The notes below the pieces were generated by a model that saw only the letters and a list, made by a program, of their open reading frames with translations, was not told the DNA's origin and searched no databases. From Sideroxydans sp. (lineage in GTDB: Bacteria > Pseudomonadota > Gammaproteobacteria > Burkholderiales > Gallionellaceae), in assembly GCA_020053195.1 (NCBI GenBank), contig JAGVNQ010000118.1:1-40411 (forward strand): a DNA stretch of 40,411 nt. Reading direction: 5' to 3'. How positions within the stretch are numbered: position 1 is the first letter of the stretch; each line of letters starts with the position of its first letter. Position numbers and translations under genes: made by a program. Below, one piece after another: positions 29,352 to 37,937 of this stretch.

Positions 29352-32300
29352 TCAAGCATTAGCGGAGCCGGATCGGTTAAACCGGCTGCGCATCCATTCA
29401 ATCAAGTCATCCACATAGGTATAAACCACCGGGATCACCAGCAGGCTGAGGAAAGTCGAGGTAATCAAGCCGCCGATCACCACAATCGCCATGGGCGAAC
29501 GGAAACTGCCGTCGCCCATGCCCATGTCCAGCGCCACCGGCAGCATGCCCGCGCCCATCGCCATGGTGGTCATCACGATGGGACGCACGCGCTTCTTGCA
29601 CGCATCGATCAGCGCTTCGGCGCGACTCATGCCACGCTCGCGGCGCGAAACGATGGCGTATTCCACCAGCAGGATGGAGTTCTTGGTGGCGATGCCCATC
29701 AGCATGATGAGGCCGATCATCGACGGCATGGAAATAGCCGTGCCGGTCAAATACAAGGCCAGAAACGCGCCGGGAATCGACAGCACCAGCGCGCCTAAAA
29801 TGGTGGCGGGCTGCATGAAGTCCTTGAACAGCAACACCAGCACAATGTAGATACACATCACGCCGGTGAACATCGCCAAGCTGAAACTCTCGAACAATTC
29901 GTTCATCGCCTCGGCATCACCGATGGGCGCGACCGCCACACCGTCCGGCAAATTTTTCAGCGAAGGCAAGGCCAGCGCCGCCGCCTGTACTTCACCCAAA
30001 GGCTGGCCGGCCAGTTCAATATCGAAAGTGATGTTGCGCTGGCGGTCGTAGCGATCGATTTGCGCCGGGCCGCTTTCCAGCGTCAGCGTCGCCACATTGC
30101 CCAGCATCACCGGCCCGTGCGTGCCTTGCACCACCAGACGCGACAACAGACCGATGTCCTGTCGCGCGTCGTCGCGCAGCTTGACGATGATGGGCAATTG
30201 CCGCTCCGGCAAATTGAGCTTGGCCAGCGACTGGTCATAGTCGCCGTTGGTCGCCACGCGCAGCGTTTCGGCGATGGCGCTGGAGGTCACGCCCAGATCG
30301 GCGGCGCGCGCGAAGTCGGGACGCACCACCAACTCGGGACGCAGGATGCTGGAATTGGACACCACGTTGCCGATGCCGTGCAGGGTGCGCAATTCCTGCC
30401 CCACCTTCAACGCTTGCTCGTTGAGCAGCAGGCTGTTCTCGCTGGTCAGCACCAACTGGTATTTGTCCGCCGACGCGCCCATGCCCACTTTTACGCGCAC
30501 GCCCGGCAACACCGTCATCGCGTCGCGCAAATCGTTTTCGATCTGCTGTTTCTGCACGCGCTCGTCGCGCGGTTTCAACTGGATGGACAGTGTGGCGGTG
30601 CGCGCATCGGGCGTGCCCGTCGGCTCAAACGCGTTGCCGCCCGATGCGCCGCCGCCAATGGCGGTGTAAACCAGCGTCACGTTCGGGTTCTGCATCACAA
30701 TGGCGCGCGCTTCCTCGGACAGCGCCAGCGTTTGCTCGAACTTGCTGCCCGGCGGCAACGTGATCGTCACCTGGGTTTGCGACTGGTTGTCTTTGGGCTG
30801 AAACGCGGTTTGCAATGTCCCGGCCAAGGCGAACGAGCCGAAGAAAAATGCAGCGGTCACCAGCAACGTGGTTTTGCGATGATGCAAACACCATTGCGCC
30901 CATTTGAGATAAATCTCGATCCAGCCGGGTGTGGCATGCGCCACGCGCGGACGCAGGAAATAGGCGGCCATCATCGGGGTCAGCATACGCGCCACCACCA
31001 GCGAAAACAGCACGGCCACCGCCGCCGTCCAGCCGAATTGCACGAAGAATTTGCCCGCGATGCCGCTCATGAACGCGGTCGGCAAAAACACCGCGACCAG
31101 CGTGAAAGTGGTGGCGATCACCGCCATGCCGATTTCGTCGGCGGCTTCCATCGCCGCCTGATATGGGGTTTTGCCCATTTCCAGATGACGCATGATGTTT
31201 TCAATTTCGACGATGGCATCGTCCACCAGCACGCCCACCACCAGCGACAGTGCAAGTAACGTCACGATGTTGATGGAAAAGCCGAACAGATACATTAGCG
31301 CGAAAGTGGGCACCACGGCCAGCGGCAGCGCGGTCGCGGCCACAATGGTGGCGCGCGTGTTGCGCAGGAAAAAGATCACCACGATCACCGCCAGCAACGA
31401 GCCTTCGAAGATCATTTCCATCGAGCCTTTGTAGGTCTCATAAACCATATTGACGGTGTTGAACACCAGCTCCACGGTGAACTCGGGGTGGGTCGCTTTC
31501 AACTCCGCCAATGCTTTGGCTACGCCGTCACCCACCGCCACATCGCCCGCGCCCAACGAGCGCACGATTTCAAAACCAACCACGGGCTTGCCGTCGTGCA
31601 GCGCCGCCGAACGGCGCTCGGCGATGGTGTCGCTCACCTGCGCCACTTGATCCAGGCGCACCGTGCGCCCGTCGCGCAAACCGATTTCCATGCGCGCCAA
31701 TTCTTCCGCCGACTTTACCGTGGCCACGGTGCGCACGGATTGCTCCATGCCGCCCAGATCGGTGCGCCCGCCCGGCGCTTCCTGCTGGATCTGGCGCAAC
31801 TGGCCGGAGATTTCAGCGGCGGTAAGGTTCAGCGCCAACATCTTGGTCGGGTCCAGCTCTACGCGCACTTGGCGCGTCACGCCGCCCACGCGGTTGACCG
31901 CGCCCACACCTTTCACGCCCAGCAGCAATTTGGTAATGTTGTTGTCCACATACCAGGACAATTCTTCCTCGCTCATGTCGGGCGCGAAAATGGTGTAAGT
32001 CAGAATCGGCTTGCCGCTCAGCTGCACTTTGTTGATGCTGGGATCGAGCATCTCGCGCGGCAATTCGCCGCGTATGCGCGACATGGTGGAGCGCACGTCT
32101 TCCAGCGCTTCGCGCGAATCGCGCTCCAGACGGAACTCGGCGGAGATAATCGCCGTGCCGTCTTTGACCTGGGTATAAAGATGTTTAAGCCCCTGCGCGC
32201 TGGCCAGCGCGTTCTCGATCTTGCGCGCCACCTCGACTTCCATCTGGTCCGGCGACGCGCCCGGCAAGGTTGCCGTCACTGTCACCATGGGCAGGTCGAT

Positions 32301-32417
32301 GTCGGGGAACATCTGGATTTTCATGGCCTTGAACGCCATGATGCCCATGAACGAGAGCATGATAAAAGCCAGTACCGCCGGAATCGGGTTGCGGATGGAC
32401 CAGGCTGAAACGTTCAT
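29352..32417 (-). CDS. RND efflux transporter permease (AcrB/AcrD/AcrF family)
   Basis: 1021 aa; SIRNP N-terminus, VDDAIVEIENI, TKNSILLVE, RVRPIVMTT proton-relay motifs. Confidence 0.95.
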   Translation of the reverse strand: MNVSAWSIRNPIPAVLAFIMLSFMGIMAFKAMKIQMFPDIDLPMVTVTATLPGASPDQMEVEVARKIENALASAQGLKHLYTQVKDGTAIISAEFRLERDSREALEDVRSTMSRIRGELPREMLDPSINKVQLSGKPILTYTIFAPDMSEEELSWYVDNNITKLLLGVKGVGAVNRVGGVTRQVRVELDPTKMLALNLTAAEISGQLRQIQQEAPGGRTDLGGMEQSVRTVATVKSAEELARMEIGLRDGRTVRLDQVAQVSDTIAERRSAALHDGKPVVGFEIVRSLGAGDVAVGDGVAKALAELKATHPEFTVELVFNTVNMVYETYKGSMEMIFEGSLLAVIVVIFFLRNTRATIVAATALPLAVVPTFALMYLFGFSINIVTLLALSLVVGVLVDDAIVEIENIMRHLEMGKTPYQAAMEAADEIGMAVIATTFTLVAVFLPTAFMSGIAGKFFVQFGWTAAVAVLFSLVVARMLTPMMAAYFLRPRVAHATPGWIEIYLKWAQWCLHHRKTTLLVTAAFFFGSFALAGTLQTAFQPKDNQSQTQVTITLPPGSKFEQTLALSEEARAIVMQNPNVTLVYTAIGGGASGGNAFEPTGTPDARTATLSIQLKPRDERVQKQQIENDLRDAMTVLPGVRVKVGMGASADKYQLVLTSENSLLLNEQALKVGQELRTLHGIGNVVSNSSILRPELVVRPDFARAADLGVTSSAIAETLRVATNGDYDQSLAKLNLPERQLPIIVKLRDDARQDIGLLSRLVVQGTHGPVMLGNVATLTLESGPAQIDRYDRQRNITFDIELAGQPLGEVQAAALALPSLKNLPDGVAVAPIGDAEAMNELFESFSLAMFTGVMCIYIVLVLLFKDFMQPATILGALVLSIPGAFLALYLTGTAISMPSMIGLIMLMGIATKNSILLVEYAIVSRRERGMSRAEALIDACKKRVRPIVMTTMAMGAGMLPVALDMGMGDGSFRSPMAIVVIGGLITSTFLSLLVIPVVYTYVDDLIEWMRSRFNRSGSANA

Positions 32418-33346
32418 TTCACCACCTGCACGACATCGCCTTCGGTCAAAAATGCGCCGCCGCTTTCCACCACGGTTTCATTCGCCTTCAAGCCCTGTTT
32501 GATCTCGATGCGGTCGCCAGTGCGCTGGCCGATTTTTACCGGTCGTTCATGCACGCGCTTGTCCGCATCAACCACCAGCACGTAAGTCGTGCTGCCGCGT
32601 TGCATCACGGCGGATTGCGGCAACGACGACAAAGTTCTTTTGCCGCCGCTGACATCGAACGTGCCGCGCGCATAAACGCCCGCGATGATGCCCGAACTAT
32701 CCGGCAACGAAACCAGCGCGTAGCCGTAACGCGTTTGCGCACTCACCGACGGCGAAATTGCGCGCACCGTGCCCTTGATGACACGCCCTTCACCCACGGT
32801 AATGTCGGCGCTCATGCCTTTGCGCAACAACATCAATTCTTCCGCCGTCAGTTCGGCGCGCCATTCCAGACGGCCTTTGCGGATCAGGCGAAACACTTCC
32901 ACGCCCGGTTGCGACATGGAACCCACGTTGGCGTTGGCCGCCGAGATGACCCCGGAATCGGGAGCCACAATGCGGCTTTGCGTGGCGCGCGCGGCAGCGT
33001 CGTCGGCGCTGCGCGCAAAATTGTCCAGCGTCAGCAACACGTCGCCTTCTTTCACGTGATCGCCGATGCTGACCATCACTTCCGCGATGCGCAGACCCTG
33101 CACCTGCATGCTGATGATGGCTTCCTGCCACGGCAGAATGCTGCCGTTGGCGGTCAAGGTGCGCGTCCATTTGTCGTCGCGCAACAGCGTGGTGCGCACG
33201 GTCAGCGCGGGGCGGCTAACCGCTGGCGCAGGTACAGCCTGTTCCGCCTTGCTGTTACCGGCCAGCCAAAACGCGCCGCCTGCCAGCAGCAGCCCGGACA
33301 AAGCCAATTTCAGGAATAACGAATTTTGTTGGATGGCAACACGCAT
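32414..33346 (-). CDS. RND periplasmic adaptor (membrane fusion protein), short form lacking the alpha-helical hairpin
   Basis: N-terminal TM anchor, lipoyl halves GDHVKEGDVLLTLD and IVAPDSGVIS, beta-barrel, LPQSAV, GLKANETVV; ATGA overlap with the RND gene. Confidence 0.9.
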   Translation of the reverse strand: MRVAIQQNSLFLKLALSGLLLAGGAFWLAGNSKAEQAVPAPAVSRPALTVRTTLLRDDKWTRTLTANGSILPWQEAIISMQVQGLRIAEVMVSIGDHVKEGDVLLTLDNFARSADDAAARATQSRIVAPDSGVISAANANVGSMSQPGVEVFRLIRKGRLEWRAELTAEELMLLRKGMSADITVGEGRVIKGTVRAISPSVSAQTRYGYALVSLPDSSGIIAGVYARGTFDVSGGKRTLSSLPQSAVMQRGSTTYVLVVDADKRVHERPVKIGQRTGDRIEIKQGLKANETVVESGGAFLTEGDVVQVVK

Positions 33347-33375
33347 GTTTTTTCTACCTTTAAACCGTATTTTTG

Positions 33376-34128
33376 TTATTTGCTTTTGGCCTGCTTCGCC
33401 GCTGTCCGGCGTTTCGCTTCGGCTTCGATGATCGCCATGGCGTATTCGACCAGCCTTTGCACCATGGCCTCCTTTGCCTTTTTTCCGGCGATCAGGTTTG
33501 GCACAAAAGTCTCGACTGCCATGCGATTATGGAAATACACCGTCGCCAGACCGAACACCGCAAAAACCAGTCTATCCACCTCCGCGTCCGGTTTTTTCAG
33601 CCCGAACTCGCGGCACAACAGCGCCTGCATTTTTTCGTGATTGGGGCGAAACGCCTGCACCATGGCATCGCCCAACACCCCGCTGGGCTCGGCATCCTCG
33701 CGCGCATGCAAGCGCATGAACAGCCTCTGCATCGGGTCTTCCTCGGCCGCTGACGGGAACAGCCAGCCGTAGAACCCCTGCAATGCCTCTCGCGCCGTGA
33801 CTTGCGCAATATCCATCGTGACCAGGGTGTTGCACTCTTCAAGGAAGGGCAGACGGAACACCTCGCGGTACAACTCGGCCTTGTCGCCGTAGTAATAGTG
33901 AATGGAGGCGAGGTTGACCCCGGCGCGTTTGCAAATCTCGCGCGTGGTCGCTGCATGGTAGCCGGACTCGGCAAACACCTCGGTCGCCGCTTGCAGCAAG
34001 CGCCAGCGCGTTTCTTCCTGCGCGTTCGGTTCATGCCCGAGCACGCGCTGCGCGGTTTGCAGCAACAGGCATGGATTTTGTGTTTTAGCAGTCACGTCGG
34101 GTTTGGAAATTTGTGAAAGGATGCGCAC
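33376..34128 (-). CDS. TetR-family regulator with CecR/YbiH-like (DUF1956) C-terminal domain
   Basis: TRWRLLQAATEVFAESGY…TREICKRAGVNLASIHYYYGDKAELY HTH; true start probably downstream of 34128 (e.g. GTG 34095). Confidence 0.88.
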   Translation of the reverse strand: MRILSQISKPDVTAKTQNPCLLLQTAQRVLGHEPNAQEETRWRLLQAATEVFAESGYHAATTREICKRAGVNLASIHYYYGDKAELYREVFRLPFLEECNTLVTMDIAQVTAREALQGFYGWLFPSAAEEDPMQRLFMRLHAREDAEPSGVLGDAMVQAFRPNHEKMQALLCREFGLKKPDAEVDRLVFAVFGLATVYFHNRMAVETFVPNLIAGKKAKEAMVQRLVEYAMAIIEAEAKRRTAAKQAKSK

Positions 34129-34164
34129 CTTATTTCAGTCGCTTGCTTAAGTCAAGCGACTGAA
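34127..34164 (-). promoter_or_regulatory. Promoter overlapped by a TetR-type operator
   Basis: Perfect 12-bp inverted repeat TTCAGTCGCTTG-N7-CAAGCGACTGAA (34134-34164) overlapping TTGACT-N17-TAAGGT on the - strand. Confidence 0.7.
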
Positions 34165-34184
34165 TTGGAGCGGTCGCGCATTGA

Positions 34185-34246
34185 CTGTAGGAGCCAGCTT
34201 GCTGGCGAAGATATGTATTCATTCGCCAGCAAGCTGGCTCCTACAG
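34185..34246. repeat. REP doublet (REPIN), GTAG family
   Basis: Two inverted copies of CTGTAGGAGCCAGCTTGCTGGCGAA (25 bp, each with an internal palindrome) separated by 12 bp. Confidence 0.88.
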
Positions 34247-34250
34247 CATC

Positions 34251-34571
34251 TCAAACCTCATCCTGCTTGGGTTTGCTACTGCAACATCCGCTCATGCCCG
34301 CCTGAAATTTTTCGCGTTGCTCCGGTGTCATGTTTTTCAGATGATGGTGATGCATACGCTTGTGCATGCCGCCGTGCCCGCGAAATCCGCCAAACAATAT
34401 CTTGCTCAATACCAATATACCCAGCGCTTGCACATAGCCGATTTCATGCACCCCGACAAACAAGTTCGGCAACAACCAGTTCCACAACGCCATCACCACA
34501 AACCCCAGCGCCAAAATTCCCGCCACCACCATCACCACAATCTTGAAAACTTTTGCTTTGTTCATACACAT
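34251..34571 (-). CDS. Small membrane protein co-transcribed with the ECF sigma factor
   Basis: Two hydrophobic segments (VMALWNWLLP, QALGILVLSKILFGG), MTPEQREKF, AAGGAG RBS, 11 bp after the sigma stop. Confidence 0.8.
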   Translation of the reverse strand: MCMNKAKVFKIVVMVVAGILALGFVVMALWNWLLPNLFVGVHEIGYVQALGILVLSKILFGGFRGHGGMHKRMHHHHLKNMTPEQREKFQAGMSGCCSSKPKQDEV

Positions 34572-34582
34572 AACCGCTCTCC

Positions 34583-35152
34583 TTAAAGAATAAATTCGTC
34601 ATAAATCGTTTGCAGCCGCGCCCGCAAATGCAGCACTGCATAGCGTTTGCGCGCCAGCAGCGTGTTCATACTCACACCGCTTTCAAACGCCAACTCTTTG
34701 AAACTGCGCCCGTCCAGCTCGTGGGCGATGAACACATCGCGCTGCTCCCCCGGCAATTCCTCCAGCGCGGCCAGCAACTCGCGCAACAACACCTTGCGCG
34801 CATATTCCGCTTCCGGCCCAGCCTGAGCCGACGGCAACACTTCATCCAGCCAATGCCCGTCGTCGTCCGCCATTTCCGGCAACTGCACTTCGCGCTTCTT
34901 GCGGAAGCGGTCGATGATGCGGTTGCGCGCCACGCGAAACAACCACGCGCCCACCTGCTCAATCGGCTCTGGCAGCCGATAGTTCTCCACATACTCGAAG
35001 AACACATCCTGCAAAATATCCTCTGCCTCGTCGGCATCCGGCACGCGCCGCCGGATAAAATTCCGCAACCGCCCGCGCTCGCGCGAGACGGTTTCTGTGA
35101 TGTGTTTATCCTGTTCAGCCATCAGCGCAAGTTGGGTGAGCGTCGTGTCCAT
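34583..35152 (-). CDS. ECF (sigma-70 group 4) RNA polymerase sigma factor
   Basis: Region 2 EAEDILQDVF…WLFRVARNRIIDRFRK; region 4 LEELPGEQRDVF…SFKELA…TLLARKRYA. Confidence 0.93.
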   Translation of the reverse strand: MDTTLTQLALMAEQDKHITETVSRERGRLRNFIRRRVPDADEAEDILQDVFFEYVENYRLPEPIEQVGAWLFRVARNRIIDRFRKKREVQLPEMADDDGHWLDEVLPSAQAGPEAEYARKVLLRELLAALEELPGEQRDVFIAHELDGRSFKELAFESGVSMNTLLARKRYAVLHLRARLQTIYDEFIL

Positions 35153-35231
35153 GCCAGTGAAGACGAAGCAAACACGGAAATATTGTATGAGAGAAAAAAT
35201 TTATGATTTCAAATGTAAACATCGCGGGAAG

Positions 35232-35287
35232 GCGCATGGATAGGGCATCTACGCAATATGATTGATGGAGATGCCCTATCCATGCGC
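35232..35287. repeat. Long inverted repeat
   Basis: 19-bp perfect arms GCGCATGGATAGGGCATCT / AGATGCCCTATCCATGCGC with an 18-nt spacer. Confidence 0.8.
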
Positions 35288-35308
35288 TTCTTCACGAGGG
35301 CAATGCCT

Positions 35309-35782
35309 TCAGGCTGGCTTCAATACCATCCAGTAGAGATTCATCAGCGGCAGCAAAGTCGCAATGCTGCCCCAGATATTCCAGCGCCGGCACAAGCGCC
35401 AATACTCCTGCGGAATGCCACCACTGACGGAGAATTTTGCAGCCATGCGCTCCTGACGAATCTGGGTAGGGATCAAGACCGCCACCCAGATCACCCCGGA
35501 AGCGCTGAACAGCCACAGGCCCCATGACAGCCAGTTAATTTGCATCACATCCATGCCGTGCAAAGCCGCATTGCCCCATCCCGCCGCGAACAGAATTGTC
35601 GCGCCACCTGCTGTGAACACGTAATCGGTGAGCGTAACCTGGTGCTGCGCAAAAGCGATGACTTGAGGATTGCGCGTGCGGTCGGCCATGAATTTCCACC
35701 AGCCGGTCACGATGATGTTGCCCATGAATAGCATCACCCCGAGCAGGTGCAGCGCTTTTAACCACAAGTAGCTATCGTCCAA
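35309..35782 (-). CDS. DUF2269-like integral membrane protein
   Basis: WLKALHLLG N-terminus, four hydrophobic segments, WMVLKP C-terminus; TTG start with GAGGAG RBS. Confidence 0.8.
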   Translation of the reverse strand: MDDSYLWLKALHLLGVMLFMGNIIVTGWWKFMADRTRNPQVIAFAQHQVTLTDYVFTAGGATILFAAGWGNAALHGMDVMQINWLSWGLWLFSASGVIWVAVLIPTQIRQERMAAKFSVSGGIPQEYWRLCRRWNIWGSIATLLPLMNLYWMVLKPA

Positions 35783-35874
35783 AATTATTCTCCTCGCTCC
35801 AGTTATTACCGCGTTTCAACCGTGCTGATTAAAAGCCGCGTCTTCAGAGGAAGAAAGTTTGTTGCGACGAAACG

Positions 35875-35905
35875 AAAAAAACGGGGAGCGAAGTGCTCCC
35901 CGTTT
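35875..35905 (-). terminator. Intrinsic terminator of the LysR gene
   Basis: Stem CGGGGAGC-N5-GCTCCCCG followed by a run of 7 T on the - strand. Confidence 0.85.
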
Positions 35906-35940
35906 GAATCAATTGCGTTGATGGAGGATAGCCCGCCCCG

Positions 35941-36876
35941 TCACACCGCCATGATCGAACCTTTTTCCCGATACACCTCGGTCAGCATTTCGACAAAGCG
36001 GTTGGCTTGCGGCGACATGAATTTGCCTTTGCGCAAGACCAGGCCGTAGCCGCGTCGCGGGAAATATTGCGAGAGCGGGATGCGCACGAGTTGTTCTTCC
36101 CCGGTCAGGCAGATGTCGGTGACGATGGAAATGCCCATGCCCAGTTCGACGTATTTCTTGATGACTTCCCAGCCGCCCGCTTCCAGTGTGACTTTGAACG
36201 ACAGATTGTGTTGCTGGAACACGTATTTGACCACACCCCAAGTGGAAAGGTGGCGCGGCGGCAGGATCAGGCCATATTGGCTGACATCTTCCAGCGTCAC
36301 ATTCTTTTTCAGCGCCAGCGGATGACCAACAGGGGTGATGAGTACCGGGTCGAAGGTGACGATGGGCTGGTAGGTAATGTCTTCCGGCACGTCGAGCATA
36401 GAGCCGACGGCGAAGTCGATCTCGTCCGACTTGAGCATTTTTAATCCATCGCGTCCGGTCACGTTGTACAGGCGCAGATGTACGCCGGGATAGGCTTTGG
36501 TAAAACGGCGCACGGCTTCGGGCAAAATATAGAGAATGGTTGACTCGCCCGCCCCGATATTAAGTTCACCGGATTCCAGTCTGCCGTGCTGTGCGATAAA
36601 ATTGGAATACAGATTGTCCACACCCTGCACCAGCGGCTCTGACAACACATATAGAGCCTCGCCGTCAGGGGTCAATTTGAGCACGGGACCGCGCCGCTCG
36701 AACAAGGTGGTGTTCAGTTCGCGCTCAAGCGCTTGTATCTGCAAGGTAATCGACGGTTGGCTGAGAAACAGCTTTTGCGCGGCTTGGGTGATGCTGCCAC
36801 TGCGCACCACTTGGCAGAAGGCACGGATTTGTTTGAGACGATTGTTTTTGTAATAGGCCTGTTTATCTGTAGGCAT
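35941..36876 (-). CDS. LysR-family transcriptional regulator (CysB-like substrate-binding domain)
   Basis: LKQIRAF…SITQAAQKLFLSQPSITLQIQALE HTH, LTPDG, VIKKYVELGMGIS; ATG 36876 follows GAGGAG. Confidence 0.93.
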   Translation of the reverse strand: MPTDKQAYYKNNRLKQIRAFCQVVRSGSITQAAQKLFLSQPSITLQIQALERELNTTLFERRGPVLKLTPDGEALYVLSEPLVQGVDNLYSNFIAQHGRLESGELNIGAGESTILYILPEAVRRFTKAYPGVHLRLYNVTGRDGLKMLKSDEIDFAVGSMLDVPEDITYQPIVTFDPVLITPVGHPLALKKNVTLEDVSQYGLILPPRHLSTWGVVKYVFQQHNLSFKVTLEAGGWEVIKKYVELGMGISIVTDICLTGEEQLVRIPLSQYFPRRGYGLVLRKGKFMSPQANRFVEMLTEVYREKGSIMAV

Positions 36877-36915
36877 CTCCCGCTCCTCGTTGGTATTGGC
36901 TATACTCACGGACTA

Positions 36916-36932
36916 TATTGAAAATTGAAATA
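36916..36932. promoter_or_regulatory. Putative LysR binding box
   Basis: TATTGAAAATTGAAATA: T-N11-A inside a TATT-N9-AATA dyad in the AT-rich divergent intergenic region. Confidence 0.45.
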
Positions 36933-37045
36933 ATTGATTCTCTAAACGATTGTAACTTCAATAACCTTGCGCCTACAAATAGGAACTTTGCCGTTCATTT
37001 TTGAGTCACAAAATAATTAGCGTTGAATGGCAGCCAGGAGGCAGC

Positions 37046-37927
37046 ATGGAAGCACTGCACAGCATACTTATTACGTCCGCGTTTATGGGCGGGCTGGGCG
37101 TATTGCTGGCAATTATATTGGCAATCGCCAGCAAACGCCTGTACGTGTTCGAAGACCCGCGCATCGGCGAGGTCGAAGAGTTGCTGCCGCATTCCAATTG
37201 CGGAGCCTGCGGTTCAGCGGGGTGTCGCAATTTTGCCGAACTGGTGGTCGAAGGCAAAATGTCCCCGGCATCCTGCACTGTCAATTCACCCGATCAAACC
37301 AATAGTATTGCCGAACTGCTGGGCGTTGCCGCCGGTGAGGTGGAAAAACGCACGGCGCGGCTGGCCTGCGCAGGCGGCAAACATGTCGCTACCATGCGCG
37401 CCAAATACGCGGGGCTTTCCTCTTGTCGTGCCGCGACAGTCGCTGGCGGCGGCGGCAAAAGCTGCGCTTGGGGTTGTTTGGGTTTGGCCGATTGCGCCGA
37501 GGTGTGCGAGTTCGATGCCATCACCATGGACAAAAACGGTCTGCCAGTGGTGGATAGCGCCAAATGCACGGCTTGCGGCGACTGCGTGGATGTCTGCCCG
37601 AAAGATTTGTTCTCCATTCATGGCGTGACCCACAAACTGTGGGTGGCCTGCCGCAACGAAGCTGAAGGCGACGCGGCAGAAGCCGCTTGCGAAGTGGCGT
37701 GTACCGCCTGCGGGCGTTGCGTGGTGGATGGCGCGCCCGGCCTGATTCATCTGGAACGTAATCTGGCCGTGATCGATTACGACAAGAATTCAAGTGCGAA
37801 ACCGATAGCGACAGACCGCTGCCCCACGGGCGCGATTGTCTGGCTGATTGGTGACCGCATCGTCAAGGGAAAAGCCGCAAAGAAAATCATCCGTATCCAA
37901 CCATTACCCGTCACTTCAGCATCTTAG
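37046..37927 (+). CDS. RnfB-like membrane-anchored polyferredoxin
   Basis: N-terminal TM, LPxxNCGACGxxGC, and three further CxxCxxCxxxC(P)-type motifs; ATG 37046 with AGGAGG RBS. Confidence 0.88.
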   Translation: MEALHSILITSAFMGGLGVLLAIILAIASKRLYVFEDPRIGEVEELLPHSNCGACGSAGCRNFAELVVEGKMSPASCTVNSPDQTNSIAELLGVAAGEVEKRTARLACAGGKHVATMRAKYAGLSSCRAATVAGGGGKSCAWGCLGLADCAEVCEFDAITMDKNGLPVVDSAKCTACGDCVDVCPKDLFSIHGVTHKLWVACRNEAEGDAAEAACEVACTACGRCVVDGAPGLIHLERNLAVIDYDKNSSAKPIATDRCPTGAIVWLIGDRIVKGKAAKKIIRIQPLPVTSAS

Positions 37928-37937
37928 GGAGAAAATT

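Noticed and set aside
30060-32408. Long + strand ORFs (30060-31259, 31488-32408)
   Set aside because: Antisense shadows of the GC-rich RND gene with no recognisable motifs.
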